Assembly (NCBI GenBank): GCA_051294375.1
Contig: CM119263.1
Span: forward strand, 18,314,628 to 18,378,627
Reading direction: 5' to 3'
DNA: 64,000 nt
Source of the DNA: Paraspadella gotoi
Taxonomy: Eukaryota; Animalia; Chaetognatha
Part shown: one piece after another, positions 27,275 through 39,289 of the stretch
Position numbering within the stretch: position 1 is the stretch's first letter
How the letters are laid out: each line of letters opens with the position of its first letter
Program-made: the position numbers and the translations under genes
The notes under the pieces: generated by a model
Databases searched by the model: none
What the model was told of the DNA's origin: nothing
The model's input: the letters and a program-made list of their open reading frames with translations, nothing else

Positions 27275-29653
27275 CGACATTGGACAAAGCTATTAGGGTT
27301 TAGTAGACACTGCCGTGACTGACGACTCGTAACAAGATGAGATAGAAGAACTTGAGAGAAATATGAGAGACAAGACTTTCGAATGCAGAACGATGACTCT
27401 GCAGAGATGCGAGTACTGTTGATATTTATTCCCGAGAGTACCGGTGGCTTCCCTATACGAAATGAGAATGGTATAGATGTTTCAATAGAAGAGTCGTTTG
27501 CGAGAGATGTTTGAAGAATGATACGATTACGATGATGAATTCGTTCGTCCTCGGCGATCGCATCAGCGCACTACTGGACGTCGACTGACGTGGCGACTGC
27601 ACAGGCACAGTGCACAGTGTAGTCGCGACAACGACCTTAGCGTCTCGCTGCCTTGTCCCATGTTCATGTTGTACGATCGTCGCAGCGGGTCGGGGACCCT
27701 TTCGAAACACTCGTGTTTCGTCCCTTAGTGGTGACGTGCGTGTGACGAATTCTTTTCTGTCTGTCCTGCTCTTCGTTCCCGTCTCCGTTTTCTTTCTGTC
27801 GACTGATTTTCTGACCTCTCATCAATACGTGTTGTGGCGTCTTGCTCCTTTGCTGTGCTCATACTTCGTCTGTCTCATCTTAGCTTCTCGTCTCTAGTCT
27901 TCTCGGGGGCGGTAAGAAGGCTCTGCTCTACGCGGCGCAGCCGGAAGGAGGGCAAGGCGGAGCGTTCTCGCCCACAGACACTCCCACACCTTCATTGATT
28001 ACATTTTATGTCAGCGATAACTGCGGCAAGACTAATTAAAATATTCTTCCCTCCAATTGCAGCGATGTAGAACTAAACGCCAATTGAAGTGTGCTCTTAA
28101 AGGGAGTAATCAAAGGTTGGAGTGTGGTTATAATGCGTGGAAAAGAAGGTTGAAAAAAAAGGAATGTAGTATTGCGCGACCTGTCAGCAGTGTATATTTA
28201 GGGCTATAATTTATATCCTGTTCGACACTCTGTGGAAACGATGACGAGGAGTGAGGGAGAAAAAAGAAAGATAAGTAAGAAAGAAAAGAAGAAAGGTAAG
28301 AAAACAACAAAAGGAAGAACGGAAGAAAACAAAAGAAGAAGGAAAAGAAAACAACGAGAGAAAGAAAGAAAGAGAGCGAGAGAACAAAGAAAGCGCACGA
28401 AACCGGAAATAAAGGACAACAAGGGTTGGGAACCAAGTAAGAAATATACAAGAAATAAGGATAAGAAAAAGAAAGAAAAGAAAGAAAGAAAGAGAAATGA
28501 AAAAAAAAGAAAGAAAGAAAGAACCGAGAAAGTCCAACTCAATCCAACATCCATATAGCCAGACCAACCAACGAAACTCATTAACACACATCACGAAATG
28601 ATAAGAAAAAATTACAAATACCACTCTCTATAATATTATAAAATGCGAACCTGGCTATACACAAACCCTGCCAAACCCGACTTATTAATTTCTGGTTCTT
28701 CCCCATATTCGTGTCGTACGCATCTTGGTTTACCTCGCAGGAATCCTATTTTACCTACACAAGATGTATTTACGACCCAAATATTGGCGCTTTAGGCAAT
28801 AAATTCGTGACCCCGAAATACAAGAGAAAAAGAAAACGAAAAAAAATCTATTTAAGTGAACGCAGGCAAGCGAATTTTTGAGTTAAAACAAAAACAACTA
28901 AATCAGGTGATTTTTTTTCCGAAGCTTGTATTGATAGAGTTTTACGAGAGATTTAACCTAAACGTTCATTGATTTTCATATTTCTAGACCTTTGCTCTCA
29001 GTGTTCTAGATCTCATATTCATTACGGTGCGCAACATATATCTCGCAGCACTATAAGTTCTAAGAGCTTTAGCACGTAAATTGCTGCGACCACAGTGCGT
29101 TCGCTGCAACCTTCGTTGCGTGTTCTGAAAAAAAATTCTGTGTAAACTTATTACCATAAAGTATTCGAAACCGTTTTTTTTTTTCTAATTTCGTTCCCTT
29201 TAGTTTTTCTTTTTTCGTTTTCGAACGAAGTCTTGGCTAAACCATTTGGGTTCAAAAATTTTATTAGCGTCCTAGCTAAGCACGTTTCACACATGGGCAA
29301 AAAAAGGTATATATTATTTAATATTAATTTAATTTTTTTATTTCTTTTTCTCAAATGAAAACTTTTTTCATTTTGATTTTTCTTCCAAACGTTTGTTCTT
29401 ATCGCGTTTGCTTCTCGCTCTTCTCTCGTTGTTTTCTCCCGCTTCCGTCTCTTTTTTTACCCTGTCACTCCCTCTCCACTCTCTCTCGATGGTTCAAACT
29501 AAATGAGGCAAAACAGAAAAAATTTTTCCCATAGAACTCATATTGGTAGTCAACGGAAGGAGGGAAGAATATTTAATTAGGCGGTTTATCGCGTGAGATT
29601 ACAATGAATCAATTGAAGGGGGAGCGTGGGGGAGACAGCGCGCGCGGCGCCGC

Positions 29654-29685
<32 letters not shown>

Positions 29686-29832
29686 AGAAGAGAGAAGAGA
29701 AAGAGAGAGAAAGAAGAGAGAGAAGAGAGAGGAGAGAGAGAAGAGAAAAAATTTCGACTCCCTGAACTCGAGTTTTCAATCCCCTGGATTCACATGCCAT
29801 GGTGCAAACCTCAATGTCGAACTCCTCCCTCC

Positions 29833-29881
<49 letters not shown>

Positions 29882-32800
29882 CTCTCTCCTCTCTCTCTCT
29901 CTCTCCTCTCTCTCTCCTCCTGAAAATAGCATTTGCCGTGCTCTGCGTGACCTCTGCCGGCGACGAACGGGGCGATTAGGCTCGACGGGGGGGGGTAAGG
30001 AGGAGTGGGAAAGGTGAGAGCGAATCGGGCGGTTGAGTTGAGGGCTGCTGTGGGTGAGGTTGTTATAACTGAAGTCATTCGACATGGCCAATACAAATAG
30101 CGGTGATGCTGCTTAGTACTCATCAGTTTCAAACATGCGGGACCTTTCAAACGCACAAACTGACATAAGGAGCTGACAAACAATGGACAAATATAAGAAG
30201 TGATAAGATGGACAGCGAACGTCCGCCAAAGTGAGGCCTCGAGGTCAGAAAGGTCAGGAGAAACGACAAAGGATTCATTCGTGAAGACGAGCGGAAAGGA
30301 GAGCGAAAAAGGTTGAGAGGGGACGGAAGATGTGAGGCCGTCTCGAATATGTGCGGTTAAGACCTCAGCAGAGCAGAGAAACGGGAGAGATCACGTTCGC
30401 TATATAACACAAATGAACGAATTTTCTTTTTGAGAAACTTTAGCCCTAAAAGTACGAGAAATGACAAAGTAATTTCGGGAGAGTGAAAGATTCCTCATCA
30501 GCAAGATACAAAAACGGCATTCTCGATTATTCAAAGTTTTTCTCAAAAGTTTTTCTTTCAAACAATCTCTATAATTGTCCCAATATTTACTAAAATTTCT
30601 AGCGTGAATAATATTTTAATGGGGCAAGCCAGAATGTGACAACCGACGCCCATTCCACCGCCTATGATAGATGTTGCTTGTCTAATGTGATGAGTGAGAG
30701 AGAGAGAAGAGGACGGAGCGAGAGAGACGCGAGAGAGAGCAGAGAGCATGAGAGAGAGAGAGAGAGAGAGAGAGGATGAGAGAGAGAGAGAGATAGAGAG
30801 AGTATCATAAAATATAACCAAGAAAGAGTCGGACTGAGTCTGACAGAAGATAGAAACTCTAGACGGCGTGATTTCTTGACGCCTTAAAAGACGCCGCATC
30901 TTTGACGGGCCGCGCCCACGAGATGAATGCAAATGGCGCAGGCGACCGCGCGTGGCGTTGACGCGCTGGCGCGTCGACGCCAAAATCCGCGTCTCCGCGA
31001 CGGAAACGCGTGGGAGCACGATGTGCTCTTCGGCCTAATGCTGGTCCGGTGGACTGGGTCGCCCGGTTCGTCGTCGATCGTGTGCGGAGTCCGTCGTCTT
31101 CGTCGTCGCTCGTCGTGCGTTTTCGTGTCTTTTCTCGAATGTTTTCTCCGACTTAGACGACTTCGTCGTCAGACTTTTTCGTTTGTCGTCGTCGTTGCCG
31201 CTCGCTCTAGATTCGTTCGCTTCTTCGTCGTCGGGTCGTCCGTTGTCTCTGGGTCGCCGAGTCAATCTTTTCTTCAAAAACGAAAAAAAAGAAAAAAGAA
31301 AGTAGGATTGAAAAAAAACGATTTTCCGACGAAAACGAGATGGAGACTAAGGGGAGAAAAATGAAGTGGAAGATAAAAAAGAGGAGTCGAGGAAGGTTAA
31401 GACGGAGAAAAGGGGAGAGAAAGGCTAGGAGTGGAAGATGTATAGAAGGAAAGTGGTTAAATATTTTCCGTGTGTTTCACGTTTCCCCAAAATTCGTTGC
31501 CCTTTTTGCCTAAAACGTCTTTACTATATATCTGAGTGAAGAATACTTACCTTTGTGAGAGAAAGTAAGAATTATTATATTAGTAGTTCTCAAGCTTTAC
31601 GAGCGTGAAGCAGGTTTGTTTTATGTTTCTTTACTTGATTTACTTTTGTGTTTAAGGGTTTTATTAATTCCGTTTATATTATCTTTTTATAGTCCAGCGT
31701 TCATTGCGTTTTCGTATGTCGTTCAATGCCTTCAAGCCTATTCAATGCCGTTCAATGCCGTTTGTACTTCAATTGCTTCTACATTTGGTTTGATTTAACC
31801 AATGTAAAATTACCAACCGCTTTAACTGCAACACGATTACTCGTCCGCTTATAGTCATTTTACATTCGAGAACTCTACAGAAAGAGAAAAGACAGAACGG
31901 AGAAATTGTTTCTTGTTTTTGGTTTTAGTTGTTAGTTTTTGGCGAGACTTGGCCTTGGAACTTTGAAAATTTAGTTTTTTACTTCTACCTGTAAAGTTAT
32001 TTAGGTTTTGCGCTCACCTGAAACAAGTTAATTAATAGTATTATCACGTGTCAACTTTTTGATGATGGCCAGAACGAATTCGCGTTGGACTATAAGTGAA
32101 CGCGGGTTTCTTAAATCTCTTGATGATTCCGCAGGGTGGAACACGACAAATCGTATCTTGGAATGAGTTCTTTGAGATCGACAAGAGACAATGGAAGGGG
32201 GTAAGGATAAATTTGTGAGCGAGAGAGAGAGAGAGAGATGAGGAGAGAGGAGACGAGAGAGCGAGAGAGAGAGACGAGAGAGAGAAAGAAAATGTGAAAA
32301 GCAGAGAGAGTCAGAGTCACAGTCTAATAAAAGTTTCGGAGTATTTTAAGGAGTCCCTTTTCCAAATGAAAGGGAAAGTCAAGACCCATCAATCACGTTC
32401 GTCGAGAAATATGTGAATCGCTTCTCGAAGAATTCTCATCATTCGCGGTGACAGACCAGTGTTCGACATCTTTGCTTTTTTATCAACAAGAATTGAAAAT
32501 ATTTAAAGCTCTTATACCAATTCATAAGGATCACCTCGCTGTAATAGGCGCAAGACGCGCTTCGCATTTACTTCATCAAAAGTTTATAAGGTGACGAATG
32601 TTATGAGCAAATGCAGCAAGAAAACCTGAGTCTTTATTTTCATAAGGATTCCATTTAGAGAAGAATATAAAGCTTGATTCAACCTCGAAAGTTATTTCCC
32701 ACCAAAATATGAATGCCTTTGACGCCTTCTCAAGGCAAAGTTGCTTAGAATCTCTGTTGATTCAAAATCTTATAATATTATATTTTAATGAAATAAGGAG

Positions 32801-33395
32801 AGTGAAAGGTTTTTCCTCGTCCGATGTCCAAAACACAACCTGATAAATTTACCATTCGGTCTCTCTTCTCCGCTCCATCTTCGGTTGGTCCTTCGCAATT
32901 TCCCCGAGATTCGATTCGCCAGTCAGACCACGTCGGATCTACATTGAGTTCCGGCGGCGAGAGAGAGAGAGGAGACAGATAGATAGGGAGAGGGAGAACA
33001 ACGAAGATGGAGACGGAGAGAAACTAAGGATTGGAGACACCGAGACACCTCAGACGACATCCCGCTCGTTGTCAGCTGTCGTGTCCGCGCCGCTTGGCTC
33101 GCATTGGCCGGCCCGCCCTGTTCCTACCTCTGTTATCCAGTGGTCGCATCTCCTGCGCGCACTCCTTCTCTGGATGCGCTTCTGTCCGCTCTGGCGTGCC
33201 CGGCCTGTCCTGCCGTTCCAAGCCCCGCCTTCGCGGCTGTGCGGTAACGTCTCTCGTTCCTCTCTGTAGCGAACGACGTCGCGCATTCCAGCGTCTTGCC
33301 CCATTAGGACTAAGAGAAGAGAGGAGAAGGAGAAGAAAGATGAGTAAAACATTCCGGAGTGCTGCTAACCCGGTTCTCGCGAGTGTTTGCGCCAG
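27275..33395 (+). repeat. Copy D of the ~6 kb unit
   Basis: Direct copy of B. 27275-29100 is very noisy with insertion-dominated differences and becomes cleaner afterwards. Confidence 0.9.
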
Positions 33396-34789
33396 CGTCC
33401 ACTCACGTTGACTTGACGAGAAGAGAGAGAGAGTGAGAGAGAAAGAGAGAGAGAGAGAGAGTAAAGGGAGAAGAAGCCTGGCCAAAGGAGACGAGGGGTA
33501 AAGGCGGCTTGAAATTCTTGAACGAAACGTAAGAGCTGTGAACGCGATGCGGAATGGAAAAGGAAATCAATCGGGCAGTTTGAAATTTTTTTAAAAAATA
33601 TTATACTAAATATATTATTGAATAAAATACATCATATGGCCACCTCCACTCAAAAAGCTTAAAAACTAAAACATTTCTTCAGATAGATTATTAGTAAACT
33701 AAAAGAAATAAAAGAAATAAAATTCATATTCGATATTCTGTAAAATAGTTGTGCCCTAATCGTAGTCTTTTCCATTNNNNNNNNNNNNNNNNNNNNNNNN
33801 NNNNNNNNNNNNNNNNNNNNNNNNNNNNNNNNNNNNNNNNNNNNNNNNNNNNNNNNNNNNNNNNNNNNNNNNNNNNNNNNNNNNNNNNNNNNNNNNNNNN
33901 NNNNNNNNNNNNNNNNNNNNNNNNNNNNNNNNNNNNNNNNNNNNNNNNNNNNNNNNNNNNNNNNNNNNNNNNNNNNNNNNNNNNNNNNNNNNNNNNNNNN
34001 NNNNTGAAAGGAAAAAAGAAGGAAGACGAGAGAAAGAGAAAGAAAGCAAAAAGAAAGAGAGGGAAAGAAAAAAGAAGGAATTAAGAAGAGAGAGAAAAGA
34101 AANNNNNNNNNNNNNNNNNNNNNNNNNNNNNNNNNNNNNNNNNNNNNNNNNNNNNNNNNNNNNNNNNNNNNNNNNNNNNNNNNNNNNNNNNNNNNNNNNN
34201 NNNNNNNNNNNNNNNNNNNNNNNNNNNNNNNNNNNNNNNNNNNNNNNNNNNNNNNNNNNNNNNNNNNNNNNNNNNNNNNNNNNNNNNNNNNNNNNNNNNN
34301 NNNNNNNNNNNNNNNTGGAGAAAAAACCCAGGAGTATCATGGAAAACATCCTTGAAAATGAAATGGAATGAATAATGAAGTCGATTTGTGAAACAAGAAA
34401 AGAAAGAGAGGGCGTAAGAAAAAAAAGAAAGTAGAGAAAGTAACGATAAACTCGAGTGAAAAGAAACGAAAAGATAAAAAGAAAGAAAGAAATATTGAGA
34501 GAAAAAGTAGGAAAGACAGAAAGATAGAGAGTAAGAATGGAAATAAGTTTTTAAAAAGTAAGTTAAGAAAGCAAGTGAATTTCCATGACGGAAAAAAANN
34601 NNNNNNNNNNNNNNNNNNNNNNNNNNNNNNNNNNNNNNNNNNNNNNNNNNNNCTTTATATAAAAATATACAAAAACAATGTACTTTTTGAAAAAAAAACA
34701 CGAGTCGGTGCCGGCGAAGCAAATCGACAGAAGGGTTGAGGGATGAAGTGATCACGATGGGCGNNNNNNNNNNNNNNNNNNNNNNNNNT

Positions 34790-35623
34790 CAGGTGAGCGC
34801 GATTCCGCGACGAGTCAAACGCGGACGTAAGGCCAGGTGCAACGTGTTTCAGTGCCAGTCACGACTGGTCGGTTGTCGGGACTTACGAGCCCGGGCGTGT
34901 CGATGAAGGGTGGACGAGCGGGAAACTTCTTGGCTTTTGGAGGTAGGTGGATCTCGGTGGTGGAGGATTTGTAGTCCTTGAATAGAACCGCCGTGGGGAT
35001 TTGGAAGGGGTTTGAAGTGGCAGGGTTAGTACGTGGGTGTATTGGAGGGTGGCGTTGCCGGTGAGCGACTTCTCGTTATTGCCGACCGGAAGTGACGCGG
35101 TAAACGCGTGAAGTCTCTTGGCGTACTCGCATGGCACGTCCGGTCTTCTGGATGTGTTCGCTCGAAAGCAACCAGTTTAATGAAGGATACTTTACGCGGC
35201 CCGAGTGGTTGCCTATGATTACGAAAAAGAATGGTGAAAACTAAGATCGCGGGTGTGAAACAGATTTATAGCAATCTCCGATCTAAAGACTAATCAGAAA
35301 AGAACGTGATCTTCTTGCCTCGGAGGTAGTAAAGTCGTCAAATACGTTGGCGCGAAGATCTCCGCCGCCTCCACGAGTGCCCTTCTTTCCATTCCGCGTA
35401 AAACTTCAAAACACATCCTGTTGGGGGAAGACATTTACTTCGAAGACAACGTCAAATAAGCCCTTGTAAGAATATATTTATTTTAATTCTAATATTAAGG
35501 ATTATTAGGTGGTCCTGTGGTGTCCAAAACCTTGGAGAATCCGCTCGTTGTGAACGCAAAGAGTCTTGCCTCGCAACGCCGACGAAGTGTTGGACGCTTG
35601 GCGTTTGTTTTACATTTTCCCAT
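34790..35623 (-). CDS. Dynamin-superfamily (EHD/sarcalumenin-like) P-loop GTPase, 5' part, 3 exons, frameshifted by insertions
   Basis: Exon 1 ~35623-35531 (ATG..NERILQ, GT donor). Exon 2 ~35417-35291 (CAG acceptor; LKFYA, LVEAA, LLPPR, KKIT). Exon 3 from 35212 (TAG acceptor): ordered fragments (G)NHSG..K..NW (G1/Walker A-like, GNHSAGKS after removing insertions), EHIQKTG, VTSGR, SLTGNATL, TEI, KAKKFP and FIDTPGL (G3, 34887-34907). Truncated at the 25-N gap. Confidence 0.8.
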
Positions 35624-38399
35624 GTCCGCTAGGACATTTCGGCAGAAGGAGGAGAAGAGGGGCGAGGCGTGGGAGGGAAGAGGAAGGAGAGGGAAAGAAC
35701 GAGGAGAATCCGGAAGACAAAGTTCGTATCGACGGAAAAAAAGGTCAATCTCCGTCTCAATCCTTAACCGAAAAAAAATAAATACAAAGGTAAAAACAAT
35801 GAACTGTGGAGAGCGTGGAAACGGAGTGTGAAATATCTGGGAAGAGAAAAGGAACGAGGATTATGGGACGACCCGAGGTCGGATATAATTTTTGTTGAAT
35901 GGGTTCGTCTCCTCCTCTCTCCTCGATATTCGCCTAGACGGTTCCTAGTCATCAATTCAGCATGACGCGGAGCGTGTTTGTGCTATAGAGGTCAAGCATC
36001 TCTGAGTTTTGTGAGATAGTCGGGTAAGAATGCCATGGAGATAAAAAATTGGAATAAAGTAGCTATCGAGCGGGAGGAAAGATGGTCGGGAAAGAAAAGG
36101 GTGAAAAAGGAGGGGAGGAACGTGAATGCGTGGTGAAAATGGCGAGAACGCGTGTATATACTTCAAGTCCACTCTCTCTCCACTCTCCTCAAGCAGTCAG
36201 CGGTCCATAATTTCTGTTTCGATACGATCGGTTACCGCGATGCAGTATGGATCATATATGTCTCTCTACGATCACTTTTTCCCCTTCGTTCTGAAGCAGT
36301 TTCGCGATACGGGATCAGAGGTAGTAAGGGCGACGCGTGCCGAGGTTTCCATAGCACGCTTACCTCAGGTCCAGTTACTCACTCATCAAAAACAATGTAC
36401 TTTTGAATAAAACACCGCTACGCACGCCAGCGGCGTCGAAATGGCTCGTGTGTAGCCAGTCGGTGTGACTTGTTCGAGAGAGAATCTTCACAGTTGTCCT
36501 CATAAGTTGCACAATCGACAGAAAGGGTTGAAGGGATGAAGTGATCACGGATGGGCGGGGTGATGGAATAAAAAAGGTGAGGAAAATTTGGGTAAGGTCG
36601 TGATGTAGGATGGGCGGAGATGGACGAGGGTGAAGTGGGTGGGGCATTCTTCTGGGGATGAACCCAATTTTAAATGGAAACCCATTTAGATCGAAACATC
36701 CGGGGAGATTAAGGGAAAGGGAAGAAAGTGACGTGGGGGGAGGGAAGAAGAAGGAAGAAGAGAGCGAGGAGGGGCGGAAGGAAAGAAGGGGGGAGGAAGG
36801 AACGAGGAGGAGCGATTTTCGGGAGGGAGGGGAGGGAAGGAGGGAATCGTGAAATCGGGAAACGGAATAGTAGAAAATGAGCGAAAACTCTCTCTTTTCG
36901 ATTTAAATAAAAATGCGAAAATAAATTGTCAACAAATTGTGAAGATTGGTTGTCTGCTTGTCAGGTGATGATAATGACGACGCCGACGGCGTTTTCGATT
37001 GTTGAAAAAATGAGTTTGACAATTATTTTTTTTCAAAAGAATTGTTGCTACGCCAGGATCGAAGGGATAACGACGGGCAATGACGACGCTCACAACGACG
37101 ACATGGACGTCGACGAAGACGAAAATAACGACGATCGAAACGACGACTAACGCCATCAAACTCAAAAAGACGTCGATTCTTCTGTTTGGAATCAAATTTG
37201 AGCCGAAATGAACCGAAAAAAAAAACGGCGCGAGATTTGAAAAGGAGGGGAAAAAAAGGAAAGGGAAAAAAAAGGAAAAAAAAAAGAAAAAGAAGAAGGA
37301 AATGAAAACCTCCTTCATTTCCTCTCTTTCTTTACGCGACGGCGCATCTTTTCAAATTGAAATGAAGCGAGAGATAAAAAAAAAAGGAAAGGACGAAAAA
37401 AACTTTACAAAGATTCTTTTCCTTTTTTTTTCATCTTTCTTTATCCTTTCTTTCTCCCTTTTTTTTATTCAAGAGCCGGGCATTTTTCATCGGAAGGAGA
37501 TAATTGATCGAGACGCGCAGTTTTTTTTTTCCTTTTCATTGTTGTAAATTCTTTTGTTTTCTTTTGTTTCTTCTTTATTGGCGTTTATCATCGCCCTTCT
37601 CTTTTTGTCATTTATCTTCTATATTTTCTTTACTTCGCTCGTCTCTAGGTTTAGTTTAAAGATTATATTTCAACAAGCTTTATCTCGCCATAAAACTTTT
37701 TTCTTTCTACGAAACAATATATTTAATAATTATAACAACTTAATAACATTCCCACCCTTATACCCTTTCCGATAACATTCATTTGTCTTCCTCTCGTATT
37801 TTTCGCACTTCTGCTTAATCATGCGTCGTATTTCATCTTAATAAAACCGTCGCAGTTTCCCCCCCCCCTTTTTTTAACGAGATTGTTTATTCCTCGATAT
37901 GAAAGTCATTAATCACCACCATTTTTTTTTCTCTGAGTTTTGAAAACTTCATATTTTTCTCTCGAGTGCCGCGCTTTCCCAGCTTCAGCAACGTGCCCTG
38001 CATTTGTCATTGCAACGTAATTTTGTAACCGAATTCAAATCGATATATTTTGGGTTATCATTTACTTTTCATTTACTGTTTAATCAACATAAATGTAAAT
38101 GCTTTAGTCTATAAGTGATGCAATTTTAGGGAAATAAAGAGCAGCAACAACGTCACTCATTTTTACGATTTGTACAAGATTTCACGTCCTCCTGCTTCTC
38201 CTACATATTCTAACTAGAAGCGACAATCCAATTTTTAAAAATTTAATACTTTTTTTTTCGTTTTCCCTCTCCGTAACTTCAGAAAATATGGATTTGCAAG
38301 TACAGTTCGGATCACATCTTCGACATCCTTCTAAAAATCCCATCATGTGAGACCGGGACGGCCTCACACCCCACCCCCCATATTCACCCCCTCTCCAAC

Positions 38400-39000
38400 C
38401 TCTCACGCGCCATTTCTCGCACGCGCGCATTATTGCGAGCGGTCGTAAAGGCGGCAGACGGTGAGCGCCTTATGAGAAGGTCGCACGCTCGCCTAGCGCA
38501 AACGCGTTTCGTGCGCGCATGCGCGCAATAGAACCGAATCGAGCGGTGGCCATCATAATATTTTTTTCATAAAAATAAAGATAAACTTTTCAAATAAACT
38601 TAAGGTCCAGAAGGCCAAGGCTATAAATAATTATTTGTAGGAGAATCTGGTTACAGATTGATAAATGGCATAATATTATACTGTAAGATATGTAATGTGA
38701 GACTAAACAGAACGGCAACGATGGATTGAAATTTAATAATTTTCGGTTCTTCCGGAATGATCCATTTTTCTTATAGACGTTAAATACATTTTAAACAATA
38801 CACAAAAGAAATGTTAGCTAAATGTCTTGTCGCTTTAGAAACGATGTAACTCTTCGCCTAATTCTTTCGACAAATGTCCCACGCAACCGTCACGAGGAGA
38901 GACGTTTGACGGCGACCGTTAAAACCTGACCCCAAACCTTTCCCGCACATAAAACCCAAAAGGCGGTGGTCACGTGACTGGTGGTGGAGCGAAGAAATCA
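38400..39000. promoter_or_regulatory. Candidate promoter region with NRF1-type palindrome and E-box/CLEAR motif
   Basis: Perfect 16-bp palindrome TGCGCGCATGCGCGCA (38512-38527; NRF1/Ewg core GCGCATGCGC) in a CpG-rich patch; GTCACGTGAC at 38969-38978. Confidence 0.35.
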
Positions 39001-39289
39001 CCTCGAACCATCTGACTCTCTCGCTCTCTCTCCGCCTCGCCCCCTCGCTCCCATCGAAATCCACTATCTTCAGCACCAGAACCGAAAACATTCCCCTGCC
39101 GGATGCTCACCTTGTTTTCGGCGCCATTAGGACCAAAAAGCCGTCGTCGTCGCTGTCGGCGTCGTCGGCGTCTTTGCCGGCGTCGTCGTCTGTTTTATCG
39201 GACGGAAAACGTCAAAGATGTCCCTGAAAAGTAGTAAGAGAGGGGAAAGACTATTTGGAATGCATGAGTGGTGGGAAAGAAAAGGCGTG

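Noticed and set aside
33030-33240. GC-rich ~200 nt insertion unique to copy D
   Set aside because: No TIR, TSD or ORF; resembles a low-quality burst in a raw long read, as does ~57045-57100.
38270-38350. MMGFLEGCRRCD.. reminiscent of a TMEM50 N-terminus
   Set aside because: Only a few residues are similar; no downstream transmembrane exons found.
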